DNA of 50,800 nucleotides from Catajapyx aquilonaris (taxonomy: Eukaryota), in the NCBI GenBank assembly GCA_000934665.2, contig JYFJ02002790.1, positions 1 through 50,800 of the forward strand, given 5' to 3'. Below are positions 1 to 10,557 of this stretch, in pieces. The notes under the pieces were generated by a model. The model made no database searches and was not told where the DNA came from. It saw nothing but the letters and a program-made list of their open reading frames with translations. The first letter of the stretch is position 1; the number at the start of each line of letters is the position of its first letter. The position numbers and the translations under genes are program-made.

Positions 1-252
1 TGGGGGTACGTTAAGGATGCTGTGTACGAGCCACCGATGCCAACAACCCTGGATGAACTCAAACATCGCATTGTTGCTGCGGTTGAGTCAGTGACAACGG
101 ACATGCTGGCACGAGTATGGGAGGAATTGCATTATCGGATCGACGTTTCTCGAGTGACCAAAGGAAGTCATATAGAACATTTATAAGGTTTGAAATAAAC
201 TTCAAAACCTCCTCTTTCATTTGGTGTATAACACGTTCATGTGGGGTTGATA

Positions 253-580
253 AGGGAGGCGAAGTGGCGCTGCGGTAACGTATGCGCCCACGGATGTTAA
301 GGTCCCGGGTTCGATCCCAACCCGGGGACACCCCCTTCATCTCGTGCAGAGTTCATTGGGTCACCTCTGGCTTCGTCTCGGGTGGTATTTCCTACAGACT
401 AAACCACCCGGGGGAGTTCACTAAAAATGACCACATTAAGACATTGCACTGCACCTTGCACATCCCCTCCTGTCATCCTGCCCGTGGGCCCGGGCGTTAC
501 GTATAAAGGCTCCGATGTACACGACAAAGTAAATAAAGGTCCGTGCTACATACCTCCGTCGAGGTCAAGCACTACCCCGG

Positions 581-646
<66 letters not shown>
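253..646 (+). mobile_element. tRNA-derived SINE with (ATT)n tail
   Basis: A-box-like TGGCGCTGCGG and B-box GGTTCGATCCC in the head. (ATT)n tail from 581. Exact 14-bp target-site duplication ATGTGGGGTTGATA at 239-252 and 647-660. Confidence 0.9.

Positions 647-648
<2 letters not shown>
581..648. repeat. (ATT)n microsatellite, the SINE tail
   Basis: About 22 perfect ATT units, seen directly. Confidence 0.95.
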
Positions 649-999
649 GTGGGGTTGATAGGTACGGAGCTATACGCATTTGTAATTATACTATTCATTT
701 GTAATCACCCTGTATTATTTATGTATGTTTGTAGCCTCTCCCGGTCACTCTTCTCTTCCCCATCAACTAGAGTCATTGACATTCATCTTGTCCTCTGTTA
801 CCCCAGGCACGACTTTCTCGCATAATGTTAATTGAGAGGAAATTATCATAATTATGTACTGAAATTATATTTAATGCATGCAAAATATAAATATGGAGCT
901 ACCCCCCAAATATTATAATCAGACTCCTTTTCTCTCAACCATTTTTCAATCTGTAAAATCCTGGAAATGAGCACAAAATATGATTATTTTTCCATGCAG

Positions 1000-2237
1000 A
1001 TCTCATCCAAAAAAGAACTGATGGTCCCCAGGCCGAAGAACCATCTCGACTACAATTTCAAGACCTACCCCGTGAAGTGAAACTGGACATCATGTCATAC
1101 CTGAATCAGAGAGATCTGCTACTCAGAGTTCCACTGGTTTGCAAAGAGTGGAATGCCATATCCAAGACATACTCCGTTTGGCAGAGGGTGCACCTGGACA
1201 GTATGTCGTCAAAAGCCATTAGGAAGAATCTCATGAATCGGTACAGCCCTTGTGTCAAGCTGGTTCGAATTGACTGTCACGGGTACATAGACTCTATCCT
1301 GTATGCCATGGCTACCAACTTCCCGAACATTCGTCATTTGATTTTGTCCAACGGCTATCTTGCCAACCCTTACACCATGAACATGGTTGCCAATGGATGC
1401 AAGTACCTGGAGGAAATTACTGTGCGTGACTTTCACTTTCCAACCCAGTTCATCTGGAGCTACCTGGGCCCATTTGCTGCACTCCAGCGCCTCAACTTGG
1501 AATACCTGTTCCCCTTAACTGTAGGAATGAGCCTTAGAAGAGAGTACAACATGAACGTATCGGGATCCTTCCTGAGCAAAATCTCCGAAATCAACCTAAA
1601 CGCGAGTTGGATTAGAGATGACGATATGCGCAACTTGCTTGAGAAAATGGCAGACACTCTAGTCAAGCTAACCTTTAACGGCAAGATGTTGACCGACGAC
1701 ACCTACTACCATCTGAGGGACTGCAAGAAGTTGGAGGTGTTGAACATCAGCAATGCAAAGCGGATGAATCACGCCGGCTTCGTGTATGGAGTAGGACAGT
1801 TGACCATGCTGCGATGGCTGCGGATACACTGGGGATGGCTAATAAAACCATCAGCTATCGCTATTGTGGCCAAGTCTGGCCGCCTTTGTCACGTGGAGAG
1901 ACTCGAGCTGCCTGAGTGCGGCTTTGTCAATGACGCCTGCCTGACAGTTATTGCATCTGAATGCCCGATTCTGACTCATTTGGATGTCAGCCGCTGCATG
2001 AAGATCACAGACCAGGGAATTGCAGGTGTCATCATGTCGTGCCCCAAGCTGGCCAATGTGATTACACTTGGGCTGAAGGATGACGTGACAGAGGCGAGTC
2101 GACAACTACTGCTGGCTAAGTCTGGTTTTGAACAACTTGATCAAGTCGTAAATAGGAAGAGACTGTTCCAGAATTGCATAATATCATCAGATCACGTAGG
2201 CTACCAGAATTTTATTATCTCTGAGTTTATACTTTAA
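1000..2237 (+). CDS. F-box/leucine-rich-repeat protein (FBXL family), main coding exon
   Basis: F-box motif LQFQDLPREVKLDIMSYL...VPLVCKEW followed by cysteine-containing LRRs (LTHLDVSRCMKITDQGI). The frame is open from a TTTTTCCATGCAG acceptor (AG 998-999). There is no in-frame ATG before the F-box (TGA at 981), so the first exon probably lies upstream. Confidence 0.88.
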
Positions 2238-2964
2238 TATTATATACGTAGAGTGCATTAATTCGCAACAAGTTTCAATTGCTTAATTTCAGAATTACTG
2301 CCGTAGCTCCAATATTGAGGAAGTCCCTGCAAAACGTGGACACTTTGGCCGTTAGAGGTTTGCCAGCTAGTGAGGCTTGGGACGCACGACTATACCACTT
2401 CTCCAGATGAACCTGTCAGCTGCTGGCCTACTGTGATATGAGATAATGACTCATTTTTGTCCATGGCTAATTTCGTTATAACAAATAGTCTAGTTTGTTG
2501 CTCATCAAAGATTGTTGAATGCGTGTTGCGGTTGGGTTGCACTTAGCATTTTAATTATTATTGTTCGTGTTGCATTGCTTATGAAGCTGTTCATGTTCTC
2601 AATACTATAATTACGTAATGAATACGTAATTACGCAGTTCTTAAAAGGTATTATTTTCTGTTGTAAATTATAGTGTGAAAACTGAATTTTTTTGTGCAAT
2701 AAATGAGTTCTTTTCACTATCTAATTTAAAATACTTAAGAATCGAAGGTTGAAAGACTTGCATTTTCAGATCAATTTACTCCCCACCAAAAGAGTTTCCA
2801 TTTGTGATGAGCGCCCCTGCAAGGTATGCTACTTTAGGACAGGACTGTTGCTGCATACCTAACAGGATAGCATTGCACGACACGTTTCAAACATTCCAAA
2901 GGTGGCATAGGCATTTAACTACATGCCCAATCCGTTTGCTACTACCATAATAACTGATAACTGA

Positions 2965-5109
2965 TCAGTTAATAAAATGCTCCACTCCTCGTCTGCGTAA
3001 CCAAAGCCTGGCTAATCCAGCCCTTATTGGCTCAGGATTACCTCCGTCCAGCAAAGTCGTACTGCCTACCAGCTCTGCCACAAAGCAGATCGTACCAATG
3101 ACCAGGCCAACAGCCAGTATGTAGAAAGACACAATCAGTTTGTTCCGTGTCAATGGCTCTGGTTCTCTATCCTCGCATTCCTGGCAATTTGAGTCACGCG
3201 CAGCACCAAGGAGCCCGTGCCTGTACCTCCGAAGTCTGTGGAACTTGATGGGCAGCCCTGCGTTGGTGGCCCTTCCCAGCATCCTGTCCAAGGAATCTCT
3301 GGCCACCCATCCCTTCTTAACAGCGACGCCAACGTAGTGGTACAAGATTTGATCAGGTGAGATCCACAAGCGGCTGCGGCCGTTTCGATCCACAAGATGG
3401 CTTGCTCTATCACTAAGAAGCTGAAACCAGTATTTTATTAGTCTACTTGTGTTTGTATTGGTGAAGGGCGTCGGATACCTATGCTGATAGGTATCCGACG
3501 CCATGAAGGTACAATATTACCTTGTTTGAATCGATGCATGCAAATGTAGGAGACGTAAGAGCAGCGTGAATACATGAGGCAGTAGAATTTTGATAGATGC
3601 CTTTGTCGAGAAAGGTGTCGTACAGGGTGTCAAATGAACTTCTGTCGAAAACAATGGCCGCGTGGGCCACAATGCGTTCCGATGCGCCGAAGGAGAAATT
3701 TTGTGACTGGTTTAATTGAGCAAATGTCTTGGGGTGCCAGTGGGGCTTCCCAGGAACACTTAAATCTCCAAAAAGATGGCTCTTGTATACAGTCAGAACG
3801 ATCAGGGCAGCCATCCACCACGAAGACAGAAATACACGTGTCGACCTGTCTAAACGGGTAAACAATAATCACACATACGTTTTATCAGATATTTGGTAGG
3901 TATATTACTGGGAGTCAATTGCAGTATTATGATATCACAAGAGAGCTTACCTGATGGGGAAGGGATAGGCTGTTCTAGAAGAATTCTGATAAGATAACGT
4001 ATGCTCCAGTGACATACTGAAGACTGTTCCTGACCAGAATTCGAAGCTCGTACTGCTCTATTGACTCTTCTACTGCAGTACAGGATAGCTGAAATGGCCA
4101 TTAAGGACAAGACGACAACCAGAAAAAAGAGCATCCAGATTTTAAAACTGTAAGGGGTGTTCATGGCCACCAATTTGTTGCTGGTCATAGGTCGTGCGAT
4201 GGCGAAAGTTCCAAAATCGTACAAAAACGGATAGGTGTAATCTATCAGATGCCAAAAAGAAGGAGCCATGAATGAATGAAGAATCATGTCCACATCGCCA
4301 TTCACAAGGTCCAACACAAACTTGCCATCGCGTACAGTGTCCAACTGGGGCTCCTTTGCCTGTAAATGTTTGCAAATACTACAACACTGCAGTATACAAA
4401 AATTCGAAAGACTTACTTCAAAGTCAAAGTTGAGACCTTGAGCGATGAATAGATACATCATGTCACTGCCGAAGATGTTATTATTGCTGAGAAGAATTCC
4501 CTTTTCGTGGTCCTCCAGTTCTCTTTTCTTTATAGAGAAGAACACACTCAGTGCCTTCAATTTCTTCTTCTTTAGATCACCGGTCATATCTGGAAACAGT
4601 GTGGTAATATTCAAAGTGCGATGACCTTCAGAGTATGACCCCAAATTTATAATCTTTTCTGTAGGCGAGCAAAATATGCAAGAAGTGCGCATCAGTAGTT
4701 GCTCATGGTCAGAAATTAGGACCAGCTTGAACTTGGCCGTATCCAACGAATCACCAGCTAAAAGGTCAGTGGCGGGTTCAACAGTCCAAACAACCATCCA
4801 ATGATGCGGTGAAAACTTCCCAGCTATAAGGGGCTTGACACTAGTTGAGTTGTCGGATGTGACCAGTTGCAAGGCGCAGGGGTCATTCGATAGCCCTTTC
4901 ACTTGATGACCAGAGACAACACGCACAACCTTCCCTTTTAAGAGGTCAATCAGAGGAAGAGGCAGAGGCTGAAAATCATGGGTTAGTACGAAAGTACATG
5001 AAGGAAACTGGGTCATTAGGCCATTTAGGAAAGATGTTACTAGGAACAGGTCAGGCCGTGTCACAATGCTGGAGAGAAGAATCTGGAATCCAACCACTGT
5101 GCTTGTCAT
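2965..5109 (-). CDS. Divergent ionotropic receptor (IR-A), about 628 aa, 4 exons
   Basis: Exons 5109-4417, 4359-3951, 3849-3521, 3420-2965, with GT-AG introns of 57, 101 and 100 nt and frame maintained. The 57-nt intron is in frame and stop-free, so it is the least certain. IR hallmarks: DLVNGDVDM, DYTYPF, PYSFKIW before M1, LLEQ pore loop, RVFLSSWW...YKSHLFGDLSVP, and a terminal TM segment. Confidence 0.88.
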
Positions 5110-5813
5110 TTTGAGATAATCTCACGCTTTTCACTGTATGAGAGTGTACTTTATAGCCGTATTAGGCAAGGTGATGTTATTTCAGGTGTGATGACACAAG
5201 CTCTTACAACGTAATAGTTCATGTCACATGCTTATCAATGTGTCAAGTGTGACAAGCAGCACTTTCCTTATGCATCATCTTCAGAAAGGAAAATAACTGT
5301 CAGGATTAGCGATATTTATTCCAGGAATAAATCCATGGGAAATGATATTGGACACATTACATAATATTGGGATACATAAGCAGCGAAATAATTTATTGAA
5401 TTATTATTTCACAATAATTATTATTGATGTAGATTGTAGAGTGATGGCTAACATGGATTTGCTGGGGTTTTAAAATAAATAAAAGCTGTGCATTTATTAT
5501 TTATTCTACTATATGCTGACTCTGCAGGTATTCATGTTTAATTTAACGACTAACATCAGAACGTAGAAGCCAGCTAGAAGCTTTGAGACTATCAGAGCAG
5601 GGAAGCAATAACGACAACTGAGAACAACTAGATTCTAGAGATTGACATAATGTCGCCCTTAGTAACCTTAAATTTTTAAGGAGATTGCATCACTCAATCT
5701 TATGCAACTGAGAATCAATCTGCCTGATCAATAAGCATTGTGCAAATGGCTGAAACATGGAGCAATTGCTTTGAACTTCCCTGATAATGGAATTACCAAG
5801 TAGTTAAAGAATA

Positions 5814-8090
5814 TTAGTTGGTCTTTTTGCGTTTTCCAGCTATGCCAGCGCATTTCGACTTGATGAATGGGGAAATAAACACCAAAAACCCAACTCCCCA
5901 GACGATGATGAGAAAAAAGAAAGGTCCTGCCAACATGGACATCTTGAGTGGTCTGACAACAACGGAGGCTTCATGCAGCCGATCTTCTTTTCTGGCCGCC
6001 TTAAGCCCCATCAGTGTTGCACAATAAGAGTACCGATCTTCGTACAGAACCAGCAAACCTGAGTCATACATGTACTGAGTCATCCTGTTCAAAATAGGAG
6101 TAAACACGCTGTGCTTCTCCAAGATGTATCCCGCGACCAGGCTCATGGATCTTCCCGTCAGGTCCTGGTAGACTACTTGGGTCGGATTATAACCGGTTTT
6201 GTCTACCAGCTGGTAGGACCAGGCCAAAAGCTCTTCTGGGATACTGATGCAGGAGTAGTCGCCATGCTGTACGTTGGCCACACATTGGGTGATGTCCGGA
6301 AGCACCTCAGACTTTACCACCATTTCATAAAAGTAGCTGAATAGCAAGTGTTATTTGTGAAAGGCACTTATAAGTAGGCCCTACTTATTATAAATGGACC
6401 TACCTGGGAAGGCCTTTTGTTAGAATGACCATGTAGGTGTGGCTGTAATGGGCCATCCCCCAAGTCCATCCTCCGGGCCAGTTCATCATCTCCCAGAAGT
6501 CTTTCGGCAGCTGTTCTCTTTCAGGTGCGGTAAGGAAGGACATGAGGTCAGCTTCGTATACATTAAGGATGAGCATAGCGTAAAACCAGAAGAAGACTAA
6601 AAAGAGTCGTGGGGCATGACAGCGCAAGGCTTCTGGAGGGTCAGCATCCACTCCTTGGTCCATGTAGGCCAAGAAAGTCCACCGGAGGGATAGAGACGCC
6701 AGCTGCCACCAGGATGCAGGTGGTTCAGGAGGACCAAACCACATCAGACACCACAGAAAAGCAGCCGAAACCAGAGTGGCGGCTAGGATCAGGGACCAGA
6801 TGGCCGGTGTGAACGGCAGCAAAATTGACTTCCAAGAGGCCAGCACCTAATATAACACATTATCTGACATATAGACATTCACTTTGCTTTAAACATCCAT
6901 ACACTGTACCTTAGGCTGCCGAATGACAAAAGTGATGTAGCTGAAATAGAGCGGAATGGAATAGTCGACCACCCTGTACCCATCATGAGACTGGATGACC
7001 CATCCTATGTCAGTACGACGAGACAGAACATCTCCAGTGCATCCGGTCCAATTTCCATCCGGAAGAGGTGCTTCCGCACCTGCATTTTTGTTGTCTTCCA
7101 TAGGATCCATGTGCCAGCTGAAGTGGAGGACGTCACCGATGTCTAAAAGGGCCATGAAGAACGGAATCATCGGCAAAAAGCTCTCTCGTAAGTATCGAAC
7201 TTCTTCCGAAGAGATAGGCAGCACAAGAGTGCCATTTAGATGCTTCCAATGCAGGTCATGCGTATAGTCGATAAAGAGATCATCTGTTAAGCTGTCGATA
7301 CCTCCTCCCGGAGGCGTTCGTTTTCGGCCGACATCATCAAAGGTACCTCCATATACAATTGCAGGCTTGTGGTCAGCCCCGCAATAATGGCAATTATGCC
7401 ACAATTGCATCACAGGCGTTGAAGCTTCGCTATAATATTGACCACATTGTATTTGTACTGTACTGTACATTTACCTCATTTGTATACATACCTGCGCTTC
7501 TGGAAGGAGACTCCTAGGGACATAAGCACCCTGGAAGCATCCTCTTCTAACATTGCATCTTTCAGCATATCTGGTGGTGCATTATTTTCCACTTCAGCAT
7601 CAGGACTGCTTCGAGGCCAAAAGACAAACCGATTGATCCAATGTGATGGCTGCATAATCATCTGTAGTGCCAAATGATGCAGCATAGGCTTGACATATTC
7701 AGCCTTGGAGTAGATGATGGCGTAGAGACCGCAATGGCCGAGAGGTCTGGCGGTATCTCGCTGTAGCCAGGAAAACCAGTAGTTCTCGAACACGGACGCA
7801 GGACGAGGCGGAACCGGAGTTTTTTCATTCCAGGGAATGACCAGCACAGGAAAGCCACTCAAGCGCCGGAGTAGTCCTCTCAGGGCCTCCGGAAGAGGGT
7901 CTTCCGGAGGATAGTCGTGGAGCAGCACGAAGATGCAGTTGGTGTTTTGCATATATGCATGCTCCAAGAGGGACGACATCATACTAAGCTTGACCTCGTT
8001 CTCGGACACATTTGGCTTCCGGATGCGTATTTGCTGTTGCGACCATACGACAGCAGTCATGCACCCCAGAAGAAGCACAGCCTGCTTCAT
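5814..8090 (-). CDS. Divergent ionotropic receptor (IR-B), about 694 aa, 4 exons
   Basis: Exons 8090-7492, 7429-6910, 6846-6404, 6336-5814, with introns of 62, 63 and 67 nt; the first acceptor is the least certain. Signal peptide, then DGNWTGCTGDVLSRRTDIG, DYSIP, LPFTPAIW, RLFLVFFW...YEADLMSFLTAP, and PLKMSMLAGPF before the last TM. Confidence 0.9.
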
Positions 8091-8397
8091 TGTTCTCTGT
8101 GGTGACCTACGCTATGACAAGAGTTAATATATGACAGGATTCCTTTCCAGTGCGACATGAGCGTGATTTCCCTCCTGAGTTTCGTGATGTAGTAGTAACT
8201 GCTTCTAATTTTAATGTGGAGGGAACAAAGTAGTATGGGAAATGGTCAAAATGAGATTGTACATGTCGATACAGGACATTTAATTATGGTCTTTCAAGAT
8301 ACAAAATTGTTGGATCTATACTAAGAGATTAAAATCAGCGGGTGATTTCCCGGGGCATTGGTATTGCAGAACTTGGACAATTGAAGGTCAATATGGA

Positions 8398-9300
8398 TCA
8401 CCCACATTCCTGAAATGAATAAAAATGTGTCCTACTAATATTGAAAGCCAAGATTGACTTATCTACTAGGCTAACGATTGCACCATGGCTGATGCAAGTA
8501 TTCGACATACACATGTATACTACATTGTCTTAATAATAACATAGCAATTAATACCAAGAAAACTATACTGTACCATCATGTATCCCTCAACCACGCATTC
8601 CTCCATTCCAGACATTCTCTCACAAATATTTTGGCTTTCTCCATTATTCTTTTTAGCTGAGGAGAGATGAATCAGGACAATTATAAAATTATTATTATTT
8701 ATGAAAAACTTTTGAAAATAGTTAAGATGTGTGCATGACATACCTCGTTGTATGCATTTGACAAATACTCTCGCCAACATATCTCTAAACGGATTAAATT
8801 GAGGATCAGCTACGATGATGGTGGCAAGTTTTAATCCATCAGGCCAGCCATCAGCATCAGCCTGTAATGTATGGTTATCAAGTAAGTACACTACTTATAG
8901 CTCTTGCTACTACCTATTGAAAGTTTTATGAAGGCAGATACTAACCAGTTGGAGCCTCTCCATGAGACACCCCTGAACACACTGGAGAAAACAATGTCAC
9001 AAAATGAACGTGGTCAATCAGTACATCATTGCATTTTCTCAGTTGTGACACTATCATACCTTCCCTTCTTCGTCGGCTTCCACATAGCAGTGATCTACAG
9101 CCGATTCCCACTCAGCCGACAATTCATGAGGAGGGTCGCATTTAGCGTGATCCTACATAACAAATTACGCAAGTGTGAATACGATGATACACTGGGAGGT
9201 AAATGGAACTCACCACTTCTTGAGCAAAACAAGACCATTCCGAAACAATTCCTAACAATGAAATCAAAATCAGCTTAGTCAGACAACGTGTAAGAGCCAT
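8398..9300 (-). CDS. Odorant-binding-protein-like secreted protein, 142 aa, 6 exons, 8 cysteines in the mature part
   Basis: Exons 9300-9214, 9152-9060, 8981-8946, 8861-8744, 8656-8574, 8409-8398, all GT-AG and in frame: MALTRCLTKLILISLLGIVSEWSCFAQEV|DHAKCDPPHELSAEWESAVDHCYVEADEEGK|CVQGCLMERLQL|ADADGWPDGLKLATIIVADPQFNPFRDMLARVFVKCIQR|AKKNNGESQNICERMSGMEECVVEGYMM|ECG*. Signal-peptide first exon. C2-X3-C3, C3-X42-C4 and C5-X8-C6 spacing match the OBP pattern. Confidence 0.82.
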
Positions 9301-9348
9301 CTTGAGCTTGGAGGAAACACTGTACTATGAAAAATACTGTCGCATGCA

Positions 9349-9356
9349 TATTTATA
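9349..9356 (-). promoter_or_regulatory. TATA box of the OBP-like gene
   Basis: TATAAATA on the minus strand about 50 nt upstream of ATG 9300, with a CAGT initiator-like motif at 9322-9319. Confidence 0.55.
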
Positions 9357-9785
9357 TGTGTGCCTGGCTGCCAATGAAGGTCATTTTTGCAGGACATATC
9401 CTTCGTCGTATTCTAGGAAGTGAAAAAAAAAACAGGAATGGTTTTGCGCACTGTGCGGCTATGAAACGATCCGTTTCCTCCAACGTTGCAAACGCATGTT
9501 GATGCTTTATGCGATGAGAATATCCTTCGGACAAAGGCGAAGTATTGTTGCGTGCCATACACTCCGCCCAGCATTTAGACACAAGCACATGTGCTTTGTG
9601 AGTATTCTGGAACTATTTCCGCTCAGTTCAGAGGGTCCTGCACTCTATCACGACAACTTGTCACAATGGGATAAATGATTTTTACCTTCATAAAAATTGA
9701 GTGTGACGTGCAGTCCTTCGGTGGACAATTATTTCGCTCTAGTAAGGGGAATGAATAGCTGTTATTTTGCTCCAAATCCTGCCCT

Positions 9786-10211
9786 TCAAAACAAGCCTTC
9801 CGTATTTAGTGGCCACTTCGTAAACATGACAGTGACTGAAAAGTTGAAATGATCCAGGTAGTATAGTAGCCTACATAATTCATCATTCCTCGCCATCAGG
9901 CTCCTTGGTATCAAAATTAATGTTTTCCTGGGCTTTCCAGACATTCTATGGTCATATCTACAAAAATATAGGCACCTCGTCCTGCCTTCTCTATCGTTGC
10001 TGATTAAAGCAAAATAATGCTCTTTAATTTTTGTAGGAAGTACACCTGTGCCTATTTGTGTCAATATTTTAAGCATATTGTTGGTAATTAACTTGCACCT
10101 CCTTAACCTATTAAAAATTCCGCGAGGTTCTTGTATAATAATAGTAGGTGCCGGAACGTTCAAATCGAGTTTGTCATCTTGCACCAAGTACAGTACGGTC
10201 ATGAGGTACAC
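9786..10211 (-). CDS. Orphan ORF, about 140 aa, function unknown
   Basis: Intronless ORF with protein-like composition in AT-rich DNA. No family recognised with confidence. Confidence 0.3.
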   Translation of the reverse strand: MYLMTVLYLVQDDKLDLNVPAPTIIIQEPRGIFNRLRRCKLITNNMLKILTQIGTGVLPTKIKEHYFALISNDREGRTRCLYFCRYDHRMSGKPRKTLILIPRSLMARNDELCRLLYYLDHFNFSVTVMFTKWPLNTEGLF

Positions 10212-10311
10212 ACTTCCTCATTAGAAGCAAAAGGCAGTGGGGGAAAAAAAAAAACTATTTTAAGAGCCAAAGGAGTAGTTGGTGGTACCGCCCCACCTGT
10301 GGAGTAAGCAA

Positions 10312-10557
10312 TCAACTAGAAGCCACAGATGGCGTTGGTCTATTGTTCCTTGGTCGTGACTTCTGCTTCAACCGCGGCTTGTTCTTCCTGTCTCTTCTCT
10401 CTTCCACACAAGTGCTCCGGGCCTGCTTGTGGTGAGACGACGTGTCTTCACGAATCTTCAATATTGTGTCGATATTCAACTTAGACACTACTGTCAGGAT
10501 TTGGTAATTATTCACACCTTTGAAGTATTTTTGCAGCATATTTAGAGTTTCATTCAT
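10312..10557 (-). CDS. Orphan basic ORF, 81 aa, downstream of a TATA/CAGT promoter-like sequence
   Basis: Lys/Arg-rich C-terminus (RRDRKNKPRLKQKSRPR). Preceded by CACGTG (10627-10632), TATAAATA (10624-10617) and CAGT (10599-10596). Confidence 0.3.
   Translation of the reverse strand: MNETLNMLQKYFKGVNNYQILTVVSKLNIDTILKIREDTSSHHKQARSTCVEERRDRKNKPRLKQKSRPRNNRPTPSVASS

Larger units (their letters stand above)
1..712 (+). mobile_element. 3' end of a Tc1/mariner-superfamily DNA transposon (transposase C-terminus plus putative right TIR), interrupted by a SINE
   Basis: Frame +1 from base 1 reads WGYVKDAVYEPPMPTTLDELKHRIVAAVESVTTDMLARVWEELHYRIDVSRVTKGSHIEHL* (stop 184-186), the typical C-terminus of Tc1/mariner-type transposases after the DFFLWG motif. 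The element ends ...GTAATCACCCTG at 712 (reverse complement starts CAGGGTG), followed by TA at 713-714. Confidence 0.85.

Noticed and set aside
253..330. Possible tRNA gene
   Set aside because: It has A/B boxes but continues into a SINE body, tail and TSD.
427..825. ORF with a long poly-Tyr run
   Set aside because: It is a translation of the SINE (ATT)n tail and the transposon end.
2965..8090. IR genes as frameshifted pseudogenes, since the ORF track splits them
   Set aside because: Every break is bridged by a GT-AG intron that preserves the frame.
8520..8891. 123-aa ORF as a standalone gene
   Set aside because: It is exons 4 and 5 of the OBP-like gene read through an in-frame intron.
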